A DNA stretch of 61,433 nt, filler included, from Callorhinchus milii (lineage: Eukaryota): NCBI RefSeq assembly GCF_018977255.1. It is 2 parts of 2 records of this genome, joined end to end, with 100 filler letters (N's around TTAATTAATTAA, not from the genome) between each part and the next. Parts side by side here need not be neighbours in the genome. Positions count along the whole stretch, not along the records: positions 1 to 30,673 come from NW_024705627.1; 1 more part is not named here. One strand, 5' to 3'. Below are positions 15,470 through 28,482 of this stretch, in pieces. Position 1 is the stretch's first letter. The number at the start of each line of letters is the position of its first letter. The translations under genes and the position numbers were made by a program. The notes beneath the pieces were generated by a model that was not told the origin of the DNA, searched no databases, and saw nothing but the letters and a program-made list of their open reading frames with translations.

Positions 15470-15796
15470 ATAATAATAATAATAATAATAATCCTTGCAT
15501 TTGATATAGCGCTTTTCACGTCAGGAGGACGTCCCAAAGCGCTTCACAGAACACACTGTAAAGTGAATTGACTGTATATTTGTGGGCGAACGCGGCAGCC
15601 AATTGCGCACAGCAATGTCCCACAAACAGTCGTAGATTGAAAATGACCAATTTATTATTGTTTTGGGTTTTGGAGGGATTATTATTAGGCTCTGTGTGGA
15701 GAAAGGAAACTTGCCCAAGGTTTCGCCCTGCCTGGAATTGAACTCAGGACTCTCGCTTGCAAAGCGAGTGCTCTAACCACTGAGCTACAGGACTCC
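15470..15796 (-). mobile_element. Same SINE, copy 2
   Basis: Near-identical to 12360-12686, with the same flanks cacaatctt | acaaacacaacctt. Confidence 0.9.
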
Positions 15797-18700
15797 ACAA
15801 ACACAACCTTGCGCAAACACTCCATTGCTCAAACACTGCCTTGCGGAAACACACCGTGCAAAAAAAACAGCGTGCACAAACACAGCGTTGCAGAAACAAA
15901 GCCTTGCGCAAACACAACCTTGCGCAAACACAACCTTGCGCAAACAGACCTTTGCGCAAACACAGCCTGGCGCAAACACACCTTTGCGCAAACAATGCCC
16001 TGCGCAAACACACCTTTGCGCAAACACTCCGTGAGCAAACACAACCTTGAGCAAACACACCTTTGCGCAAACACTGCCGTGCGCAAACACCGCCGTGCGC
16101 AAACACCGCCCTGCGCAAACACACCTTTGCGCAAACACTCCGTGAGCAAACACAACCGTGAGCAAACACTGCCGTGCGCAAACACCGCCGTGCGCAAACA
16201 CCGCCCTGCGAAAACAACGCCGTGCGCAAACAACGCCGTGCGCAAACACCTCCGTGCGCAAACACCTCCGTGTGCAAACACCGCCGTGCGCAAACACCGC
16301 CGTGCGCAAACACCGCCGAGCGCAAACACCGCCGTGCGCAAACACCGCCGTGCGCAAACACCACAGTGCGTAAACACCGCCGTGCGCAAACACAGCCGTG
16401 CGCAAACACCGCCGTGCGCAAACACTGCCGTGCGCAATCAATACCTTGCGCAAACAATCCCTTGCGCAAACAATCCCTTGCGCAAACACAATCTTGCGCA
16501 AACACAACCTTGCGCAAACACTCCATTGCTCAAACACTGCCTTGCGCAAACACTGCCTTCCGCAAACACTCCATTGCTCAAACACTGCCTTGCGCAAACA
16601 CACCGTGCAAAAAAACAGCGTGCACAAACACAGCGTTGCACAAACAAAGCCTTGCGCAAACACATCTTTGCGCAAACAATGCCCTGCGCAAAGACAACTT
16701 TGCGCAAACACAACTTTGCGCAAACACTGCCTGGCGCAAACACTGCCTGGCGCAAACACTGCCTGGCGCAAACACTGCCTGGCGCAAACACTGCCTGGCG
16801 CAAACACTGCCTGGCGCAAACACAGCCTGGCGCAAACACACCTATGCGCAAACACAACCTTGCGCAAACACAACCTTGCGCAAACACTGCCTGGCGCAAA
16901 CACTGCCTGGCGCAAACACTGCCTGGCGCAAACACTGCCTGGTGCAAACACTGCCTGGCGCAATCACATCCTTGCTCAAACACTGCCTTGCTCAAACACT
17001 GCCTTGCGCAAACACTGGCTTGCGCAAACACTCCCTTGAGCAAACACTGCCTTGCGCAAACACACCGTGCGCAAACACTGCCGTGCGCAAACACTGCCGT
17101 GCGCAAACAATCACTTGCGCAAACAATCACTTGCGCAAACATTCCCTGGCCTAAACAATCCCTTGCGCAAACACAATCTTGCGCAAACACAACCTTGCGC
17201 AAACACTCAATTGCTCAAACACTGCCTTGCGCAAACACACCGTGCAAAAAAACAGCGTGCACACACACAGCGTTGCACAAACAAAGCCTTGCGCAAACAC
17301 ACCTTTGCGCAAACAATGCCCTGCGCAAAGACAACTTTGCGCAAACACAACCTTGCGCAAACACAACCTTGCGCAAACACTGCCTGGCGCAAACACTGCC
17401 TGGCGCAAACACTACCTGGCGCAAACACTGCCTGGCGCAAACACAGCCTGGCGCAAACACAGCCTTGCGCAAACACACCTTTGCGCAAACAAAGCCTTGC
17501 GCAAACGCACCTTTGCGCAAACAATGCCCTGCACAAAGACAACTTTGCCCAAACACAACCTTGCGCAAACACAAATTGGGCAAACACTGCCTGGTGCAAA
17601 CAGTGCCTAGCGCAAACACAGCCTTGTGCAAACACAGCCTTGAGCAAACACAGCCTTGCGCAAACACAGCCTTGCGCAAACACACCATTGCGCAAACAAT
17701 GCCCTGTGCAAACACACCTTTGCGCAAACACTCCGTGAGCAAATACAACCTTGAGCAAACACACCTTTGCGCAAACACTGCCGTGCGCAAACACCGCCGT
17801 GCGCAAACACCGCCCTGCGCAAACACACCGTTGCGCAAACACTCCGTGAGCAAACACAACCATGAGCAAACACTGCCGTGCGCAAACACCGCCGTGCGCA
17901 AACACTGCCCTGCGCAAACAACGCCGTGCGCAAACAACGCCGTGCGCAAACAACTCCGTGCGCGAACACCTCCGTGCGCAAATACCGCAGTGCGCAAACA
18001 CCGCCGTGCGCAAACACCGCTGTGCGCAAACACCGCTGTGCGCAAACACCGCCGTGCGCAAACACAGCCGTGCGCAAACACCGCCGTGCGCAAACACCGC
18101 CGTGCGCAAACACTGCCGTGCGCAATCAATCCCTTGCGCAAACAATCCCATGCGCAAACAATCCCTTGCGCAAACACAATCTTGCGCAAACACAACCTTG
18201 CGCAAACACTCCATTGCTCAAACACTGCCTTGCGCAAACACTGCCTTCCGCAAACACTCCATTGCTCAAACACTGCCTTGCGCAAACACACCGTGCAAAA
18301 AAACAGCGTGCACAAACACAGCGTTGCACAAACAAAGCCTTGCGCAAACACACCTTTGCGCAAACAATGCCCTGCGCAAAGACAACTTTGCGCAAACACA
18401 ACCTTGCGCAAACACTGCCTGGCGCAAACACTGCCTGGCCCAAACACTGCCTGGCGCAAACACTGCCTGGCGCAAACACTGCCTGGCGCAAACACAGCCT
18501 CGCGCAAACACAGCCTTGCGCAAACACACCTATGCGCAAACACAACCTTGCGAAAACACAACCTTGCGCAAACACTGCCTGGCGCAAACACTGCCTGGTG
18601 CAAACACTGCCTGGTGCAAACACTGCCTGGCGCAATCACATCCTTGCGCAAACACAGCATTGCGCAAACACTGGCTTCCGCAAACAATGCTTTGCACACA

Positions 18701-20451
18701 CGCGTCCTTGAGCAAAAATCTCTTGCTCAAACACTGCCTTGCGCAAACACTGGCTTGCGCAAACACTCCCTTGAGCAAACACTGCCTTGCGCAAGCACAC
18801 CGTGCGCAAACACTGCCGTGCGCAAACAATCACTTGCGCAAACAATCCCTGGTGTAAACAATCCCTTGCGCAAACACAATCTTGCGCAAACACAACCTTG
18901 CGCAAACACTCAATTGCTAAAACACTGCCTTGCGCAAACACTGCCTTCCGCAAACGCTCAAACACTGCCTTGCGCAAACACACCGTGCAAAAAAACAGCG
19001 TGCACACACACAGCGTTGCACAAACAAAGCCTTGTGCAAACACACCTTTGCGCAAACAATGCCCTGCGCAAAGACAACTTTGCGCAAACACAACCTTGCG
19101 CAAACAAAACCTTGCGCAAACACTGCCTGGTGCAAACAGTGCCTAGCGCAAACACAGCCTTGCGCAAACACAGCCTTGAGCAAACACAGCCTTGCGCAAA
19201 CAATGCCTTGCGCAAACACACCATTGCGCAAACAATGCCCTGCGCAAACACACCTTTGCGCAAACACTCCGTGCGCAAACACTCCGTGCGCAAACACACC
19301 TTTGCGCAAACACTGCTGTGCGCAAACAATCACTTGCGCAAACAATCCCTGGCGTAAACAATCCCTTGCGCAAACACAATCTTGCGCAAACACAACCTTG
19401 CGCAAACACTCAATTGCTCAAACACTGCCTTGCGCAAACACACCGTGCAAAAAAACAGCGTGCACACACACAGCGTTGCACAAACAAAGCCTTGCGCAAA
19501 CACACCTTTGCGCAAACAATGCCCTGCGCAAAGACAACTTTGCGCAAACACAACCTTGCGCAAACACAACCTTGCGCAAACACTGCCTGGTGCAAACAGT
19601 GCCTAGCGCAAACACAGCCTTGCGCAAACACAGCCTTGAGCAAACATAGCCTTGCGCAAACACTGCCTTGCGCAAACACACCATTGCGCAAACAATGCCC
19701 TGCGCAAACACACCTTTGCGCAAACACTCCGTGCGCAAACACAACCTTGAGCAAACACACCTTTGCGCAAACACTGCCGTGCGCAAACACCGCCGTGCGC
19801 AAACACCGCCCTGCGCAAACACCGCCCTGCGCAAACAACGCCCTGCGCAAACACACCTTTGCGCAAACACTCCGTGAGCAAACACAACCTTGAGCAAACA
19901 CTGCCCTGCGCAAACACAGCCCTGCGCAAACAACGCCATACGCAAACACCTCCGTGCGCAAATACCGCCGTGCGCATACACCGCCGTGCGCTAACACCGC
20001 CGTGCGCAAACACCGCCGTGCACAAACACAGCCTTGCGCAAACACAGCCTTGCGCAAACAGCCGTGCGCAAACACAGCTGTGCGCAAACACTGCATAACT
20101 CAAACACTGCCTTGCGCAATCACTGTCTTGCGCAAACACTGCCTTGTGCAAACACTGCCTTGCGTGCGCAAACACTGCCTTGCGCAAACACTGCCTTGCG
20201 CAAACACTGGCTTCCGCAAACAATGCTTTGCACACACACATCCTTGAGCAAAAACCTCTTGCTCAAACACTGCGTTGCGCAAACACTGGCTTGCGCAAAC
20301 ACTCCCTTGAGCAAACACTGCCTTGCGCAAACACACCGTGAGCAAACACAGCCGTGCGCAAACACTGCCGTGCGCAAACACTGCCGTGCGCAAACAATCC
20401 CTTTTGCAAACAATCCCTTGCGCAAACAATCCCTTGCGCAACCACAATCTT

Positions 20452-20778
20452 ATAATAATAATAATAATAATAATCCTTGCATTTGATATAGCGCTTTTCA
20501 CGTCAGGAGGACGTCCCAAAGCGCTTCACAGAACACACTGTAAAGTGAATTGACTGTATATTTGTGGGCGAACGCGGCAGCCAATTGCGCACAGCAATGT
20601 CCCACAAACAGTCGTAGATTGAAAATGACCAATTTATTATTGTTTTGGGTTTTGGAGGGATTATTATTAGGCTCTGTGTGGAGAAAGGAAACTTGCCCAA
20701 GGTTTCGCCCTGCCTGGAATTGAACTCAGGACTCTCGCTTGCAAAGCGAGTGCTCTAACCACTGAGCTACAGGACTCC
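20452..20778 (-). mobile_element. Same SINE, copy 3
   Basis: Appears identical to copy 2, 4,982 bp away, with the same junctions. Confidence 0.9.
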
Positions 20779-23700
20779 ACAAACACAACCTTGCGCAAAC
20801 ACTCCATTGCTCAAACACTGCCTTGCGGAAACACACCGTGCAAAAAAACAGCGTGCACAAACACAGCGTTGCAGAACCAAAGCCTTGCGCAAACACAACC
20901 TTGCGCAAAAACAACCTTGCGCAAACAGACCTTTGCGCAAACACAGCCTGGCGCAAACACACCTTTGCGCAAATAATGCCCTGCGCAAACACACCTTTGC
21001 GCAAACACTCCGTGAGCAAACACAACCTTGAGCAAACACACCTTTGCGCAAACACTGCCGTGCGCAAACACCGCCGTGCGCAAACACCGCCCTGCGCAAA
21101 CACACCTTTGCGCAAACACTCCGTGAGCAAACACAACCGTGAGCAAACACTGCCGTGCGCAAACACCGCCGTGCGCAAACACCGCCCTGCGCAAACAACG
21201 CCGTGCGCAAACAACGCCGTGCGCAAACACCTCCGTGCGCAAACACCTCCGTGCGCAAACACCGCCGTGCGCAAACACCGCCGTGCGCAAACACCGCCGT
21301 GCGCAAACACCGCCGTGCGCAAACACCGCCGTGCGCAAACACCGCCGTGCGCAAACACCACAGTGCGTAAACACCGCCGTGCGCAAACACAGCCGTGCGC
21401 AAACACCGCCGTGCGCAAACACTGCCGTGCGCAATCAATACCTTGCGCAAACAATCCCTAGCGCAAACAATCCCTTGCGCAAACACAATCTTGCGCAAAC
21501 ACAATCTTGCGCAAACACTCCATTGCTCAAACACTGCCTTGCGCAAACACTGCCTTCCGCAAACACTCCATTGCTCAAACACTGCCTTGCGCAAACACAC
21601 TGTGCAAAAAAACAGCGTGCACAAACACAGCGTTGCACAAACAAAGCCTTGCGCAAACACATCCTTGCGCAAACAATGCCCTGCGCAAAGACAACTTTGC
21701 GCAAACACAACTTTGCGCAAACACTGCCTGGCGCAAACACTGCCTGGCGCAAACACTGCCTGGCGCAAACACTGCCTGGCGCAAACACTGCCTGGCGCAA
21801 ACACTGCCTGGCGCAAACACAGCCTGGCGCAAACACACCTGTGCGCAAACACAACCTTGCGCAAACACAACCTTGCGCAAACACTGCCTGGCGCAAACAC
21901 TGCCTGGCGCAAACACTGCCTGGCGCAAACACTGCCTGGTGCAAACACTGCCTGGCGCAATCACATCCTTGCTCAAACACTGCCTTGCTCAAACACTGCC
22001 TTGCGCAAACACTGGCTTGCGCAAACACTCCCTTGAGCAAACACTGCCTTGCGCAAACACACCGTGCGCAAACACTGCCGTGCGCAAACACTGCCGTGCG
22101 CAAACAATCTCTTGCGCAAACATTCCCTGGCCTAAGCAATCCCTTACGCAAACACAATCTTGCGCAAACACAACCTTGCGCAAACACTCAATTGCTCAAA
22201 CACTGCCTTGCGCAAACACACCGTGCAAAAAAACAGCGTGCACACACACAGCGTTGCACAAACAAAGCCTTGCGCAAACACACCTTTGCGCAAACAATGC
22301 CCTGCGCAAAGACAACTTTGCGCAAACACAACCTTGCGCAAACACAACCTTGCGCAAACACTGCCTGGCGCAAACACTGCCTGGCGCAAACACTACCTGG
22401 CGCAAACACTGCCTGGCGCAAACACACCTTTGCGCAAACACAGTCTTGCGCAAACGCACCTTTGCGCAAACAATGCCCTGCACAAAGACAACTTTGCCCA
22501 AACACAACCTTGCGCAAACACAAATTGGGCAAACACTGCCTGGTGCAAACAGTGCCTAGCGCAAACACAGCCTTGTGCAAACACAGCCTTGAGCAAACAC
22601 CGCCGTGCGCAAACACTGCCCTGCGCAAACAACGCCGTGCGCAAACAACGCCGTGCGCAAACAACTCCGTGCGCGAACACCTCCGTGCGCAAATACCGCA
22701 GTGCGCAAACACCGCCGTGCGCAAACACCGCTGTGCGCAAACACCGCTGTGCGCAAACACCGCCGTGCGCAAACACAGCCGTGCGCAAACACCGCCGTGC
22801 GCAAACACCGCCGTGCGCAAACACTGCCGTGCGCAATCAATCCCTTGCGCAAACAATCCCATGCGCAAACAATCCCTTGCGCAAACACAATCTTGCGCAA
22901 ACACAACCTTGCGCAAACACTCCATTGCTCAAACACTGCCTTGCGCAAACACTGCCTTCCGCAAACACTCCATTGCTCAAACACTGCCTTGCAAAAACAC
23001 ACCGTGCAAAAAAACAGCGTGCACAAACACAGCGTTGCACAAACAAAGCCTTGCGCAAACACACCTTTGCGCAAACAATGCCCTGCGCAAAGACAACTTT
23101 GCGCAAACACAACCTTGCGCAAACACAGCCTGGCGCAAACACTGCCTGGCCCAAACACTGCCTGGCGCAAACACTGCCTGGCGCAAACACTGCCTGGCGC
23201 AAACACAACCTTGCGCAAACACACTTATGCGCAAACACAACCTTGCGTAAACACAACCTTGCGCAAACACTGCCTGGCGCAAACACTGCCTGGCGCAAAC
23301 ACTGCCTGGTGCAAACACTGCCTGGCGCAATCACATCCTTGCTCAAACACTGCCTTGCGCAAACACTGGCTTGCGCAAACACTCCCTTGCGCAAACACTG
23401 CCTTGCGCAAACACACCGTGCGCAAACACTGCCGTGCGCAAACACTGCCATGCGCAAACACTGGCGTGCGCAAACAATCACTTGCGCAAACAATCCTGGC
23501 GTAAACAATCCCTTGCGCAAACACAATCTTGCGCAAACACAACCTTGCGCAAACACTCCATTGCTCAAACACTGCCTTCCGCAAACACTCCATTGCTCAA
23601 ACACTGCCTTGCACAAACATACCGTGCAAAAAAACAGCGTGCACAAACACAGCGTTGCACAAAGAAAGCCTTGCGCAAACACACCTTTGCGCAAACAATG

Positions 23701-25293
23701 CCCTGCGCAAAGACAACTTTGCGCAAACACAACCTTGCGCAAACACTGCCTGGCACAAACACTGCCTGGCCCAAACACTGCCTGGCGCAAACACTGCCTG
23801 GCGCAAACACTGCCTGGCGCAAACACTGCCTGGCGCAAACACAGCCTGGCGCAAACACACTTATGCGCAAACACAACCTTGCGTAAACACAACCTTGCGC
23901 AAACACTGCCTGGCGCAAACACTGCCTGGCGCAAACACTGCCTGGCGCAAACACTGCCTGGCGCAATCACATCCTTGCTCAAACACTGCCTTGCGCAAAC
24001 ACTGGCTTGCGCAAACACTCCCTTGAGCAAACACTGCCTTGCGCAAACACACCGTGCGCAAACACTGCCGTGCGCAAACACTGCCATGCGCATACACTGC
24101 CGTGCGCAAACAATCCCTGGCGTAAACAATCCCTTGCGCAAACACAATCTTGCGCAAACACAACCTTGCGCAAACACTCAATTGCTCAAACACTGCCTTG
24201 CGCAAACACACCGTGCAAAAAAACAGCGTGCACACACACAGCGTTGCACAAACAAAGCCTTGCGCAAACACACCTTTGCGCAAACAATGCACCGCGTAAA
24301 GACATCTTTGCGCAAAGACAACCTTGCGCAAACACAACCTTGCGCAAACACTGCCTGGCGCAAACACTGCCTGGCGCAAACACAGCCTGGCGCAAACACA
24401 GCCTTGCGCAAACACACCTTTGCGCAAACAAGCCTTGCGCAAACGCACCTTGCGCAAACAATGCCCTGCGCAAAGACAACTTTGGCCAAACACAACCTTG
24501 CGCAAACACAACCTTGCGCAAACACTGCCTGGTGCAAACAGTGCCTAGCGCAAACACAGCCTTGCGCAAACACAGCCTTGAGCAAACACAGCCTTTCGCA
24601 AACACTGCCTTGCGCAAACACACCATTGCGCAAACAATGCCCTGCGCAAACACCTTTGCGCAAACACTCCGTGCGCAAACACAACCTTGAACAAACACAC
24701 CTTTGCGCAAACACTGCCGTGCGCAAACACGCCGTGCGCAAACCCCGCCCTGGCAAACAATGCCATACGCAAACACCTCCGTGCGCAAATACCGCCGTGC
24801 GCAAACACCGCTGTGCGCAAACACCGCCGTGCGCAAACACCGCCGTGCGCAAACACCGCCGTGCGCAAACACAGCCTTGCGCAAACACAGCCTTGCGCAA
24901 ACAGCCGTGCGCAAACACAGCCGTGCGCAAACACTGCCTTGCTCAAACACTGCCTTGCGCAATCATTGTCTTGCCGCAAACACTGCCTTGTGCAATCACT
25001 GCCTTGTGTGCGCAAACACTGCCTTGCGCAAACACTGCCTTGCGCAAACACTGGCCTCCGCAAACAATGCTTTGCACACACACATCCTTGAGCAAAAACC
25101 TCTTGCTCAAACACTGCGTTGCGCAAACACTGGCTTGCGCAAACACTCCCTTGAGCAAACACTGCCTTGCGCAAACACACCGTGAGCAACACAGCCGTGC
25201 GCAAACACTGCCGTGCGCAAACACTGCCGTGCGCAAACAATCCCTTTTGCAAACAATCCCTTGCGCAAACAATCCTTGCGCAAACACAATCTT

Positions 25294-25608
25294 ATAATAA
25301 TATAATAATATCTTGCATTTGATATAGCGTTTTACGTCAGGAGAACGTCCCAAAGCGCTTACAGAACAACTGTAAAGTGAATTGACTGTATATTTGTGGG
25401 CGAACGCGGGCAGCCAATTGCGCACAGCTATGTCCACAAACAGTCGTAGATTGAAAATGACCAATTTTATTGTTTTGGGTTTTGGAGGGATATTATTAGG
25501 CTCTGTGTGGAGTAAGGAAACTTTGCCCAAGGTTTCGCCCTGCCTGGAATTGAACTCAGGACTCTCGCTTGCAAAGCGAGTGCTCTAACCACTGAGCTAC
25601 AGGACTCC
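25294..25608 (-). mobile_element. Same SINE, copy 4 (many 1-bp indels)
   Basis: Same head, body, tail and junctions; scattered small indels. Confidence 0.88.
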
Positions 25609-28162
25609 ACAAACACAACCTTGCGCAAACACTCCATTGCTCAAACACGCTTGCGGAAACACACGTGCAAAAAACAGCGTGCACAAACACAGCGTTGCAG
25701 AAACCAAAGCCTTACGCAAACACAACTTGCGCAAACACAACCTTGCGCAAACACAACTGCGCAAACACAGCCTGCGCAAACACACTTTGCGCAAATAATG
25801 CCTGCGCAAACACAACTTGCGCAAACACTCCTGAGCAAACACAACCTTGAGCAACACACCTATGCGCAAACACTGCTGCGCAAACACGCCTTGCGCAAAC
25901 ACCGCCCTGCGCAAACACACTTTGCGCAAACACGTGGCAAACACAACTGAGCAAACACAGCCGGCGCAAACACGCCTGCGCAAACACCGGCCTTGGCGCA
26001 AACACAGCCTTGCGCAAACACAGCCTTGCGCAAACACACCTATGCGCAAACACAACCTGCGCAAACACAACTTGCGCAAACACATGCCTGGTGCAAACAC
26101 TGCCTGCGCAAACACTGTCTGGTGCAAACACTGCCTTGCGCAAATCACATCCTTGCGCAAACACAGCATTGCGCAAACACTGGCTTCCGCAAACAATGCT
26201 TTGCACACACGCGTCCTTTGAGCAAAAATCTCTTGCTCAAACACTGCCTTGCGCAAACACTGGCTTGCGCAAACACTCCCTTGAGCAAACACTGCCTTGT
26301 GCAAACACACCGTGCGCAAACACTGCCTGGCGCAAACACTGCCTGGCAAACACAGCCTGGCGCAAACACAGCCTTGCGCAAACACACCTTTGCGCAAACA
26401 AAGCCTTGCGCAAACGCACCTTTGCGCAAACAATGCCCTGCGCAAGACAACTTGCCCAAAACAAACCTTGCGCAAACACAACCTTGCGCAAACACATGCC
26501 TGGCAAACATGCTGCGCAAACACAGCTTGCGCAAACACAGCCTTGAGCAAACACAGCCTTCCGCAAACACAGCCTTGCGCAAACACAGCATTGCGCAAAC
26601 ATGCCCTGCACAAACACACCTTGCGCAAACACAGCCGTGCGCAAACAACACTTGCGCAAACAACCCTGGTGTAAACAATCCTTGCGCAAACACAAGCTTG
26701 CGCAAACACAACCTTGCGCAAACACCAATTGCTCAAACACTGCTTGCGCAAACACACCGTGCAAAAAACAGCGTGCACACACACAGCGTTGCACAAACAA
26801 ACTTGGCAACACAACCTTGCGCAAACAATGCCCTGCGCAAAGACAACTTTGCGCAAACACAACCTTGCGCAAACAAAACCTTGCGCAAACACTGCCTGGG
26901 CAAACAGTGCTAGCGCAAACACAGCTTGCGCAAACACAGCTTGGCAAACACAGCTTGCGCAAAACACAGCTTGCGCAAAAACAACCAGCGCAAAAACAAC
27001 CCTGCGCAAACACAACCATGCGCAAACACAACCGTGCGCAAACACAACGCTGCGCAAACACAACCTTACGCAACACTGCTTGCGCAAACAACACTTGCGC
27101 AAACAATCCTGGCGTAAACAATCCTTGCGCAAACACAAGCTTGCGCAAACACAAGCTTGCGCAAACACAAAGCGCAAACACAAGCCTGCGCAAACACACC
27201 GTGCAAAAACAACTGCGCAAACACAAGCATGCGCAAACACAACGCTGCGCAAACACAAGCTTGCGCAAACACAAGCCTGCGCAAACACAACCTTGCGCAA
27301 AACCAACCTTGCGCAAACACTGCCTGGTGCAAACAGTGCCTAGCGCAAACACTGCCTTGCGCAAACACACCATTGCGCAAACAATGCCTGCGCAAACACA
27401 CCTTTGCGCAAACACTCCGTGCGCAAACACAACCTTGAGCAAACACACCTTTGCGCAAACACTGCCGTGCGCAAACACCGCCGTGCGCAAACACCGCCCT
27501 GCGCAAAACACCGCCCTGCGCAAACAATCCCTGCGCAAACACACACTTTGCGCAAAACAGCCCTGCGCAAACACAGCCCTGCGCAAACACAGCCCTGCGC
27601 AAACACAGCCCTGCGCAAACAACGCCATACCCATACGCAAACACCCTCGTGCGCAAATACCGCCGTGCGCATACACCGCCGTGCGCTAACACCGCCGTGC
27701 GCAAACACCGCCGTGCACAAACACAGCCTTGCGCAAACACAGCCTTGCGCAAACAGCCGTGCGCAAACACAGCTGTGCGCAAACACTGCATAACTCAAAC
27801 ACTGCCTTGCGCAATCACTGTCTTGCGCAAACACTGCCTTGTGCAAACACTGCCTTGCGTGCGCAAACACTGCCTTGCGCAAACACTGCCTTGCGCAAAC
27901 ACTGGCTTCCGCAAACACTGGCTTCCGCAAACAATGCTTCGCACACACATCCTTGAGCAAAAACCTCTTGCTCAAAACCGCGTTGCGCAAACACTGGCTT
28001 GAGCAAACACTCCTTGAGCAAACACTGCCTTGCGCAAACACACACCTGAGCAAACACAGCCCGTGCGCAAACACTGCCGTGCGCAACACTGCCGTGCGCA
28101 AACAACCCTTTTGCAAACAATCCCTTGCGCAAACAATCCCTTGCGCAAACACAATCAATCTT

Positions 28163-28482
28163 ATAATAATAATAATAATAATAATCCTTGCATTTGATAT
28201 AGCGCTTTTCACACGTCAGGAGACGTCCCAAAGCGCTTCACAGAACACACTGTAAAGTGAATTGACTGTATATTTGTGGCGAACGCGGCAGCCAATTGCG
28301 CACAGCCATGTCCCACAAACAGTCGTAGATTGAAAATGACCAATTTATTATTGTTTGGGTTTTGGAGGGATTATTAGGCGTGTGGAGTAAGGAAACTTGC
28401 CCAAGTTTCGCCCTGCCTGGAATTGAACTCAGGACACTCGCTTGCAAAGCGAGTGCTCTAACCACTGAGCTACAAGGACTCC
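28163..28482 (-). mobile_element. Same SINE, copy 5 (many small indels)
   Basis: Same head, body, tail and junctions. Confidence 0.88.
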
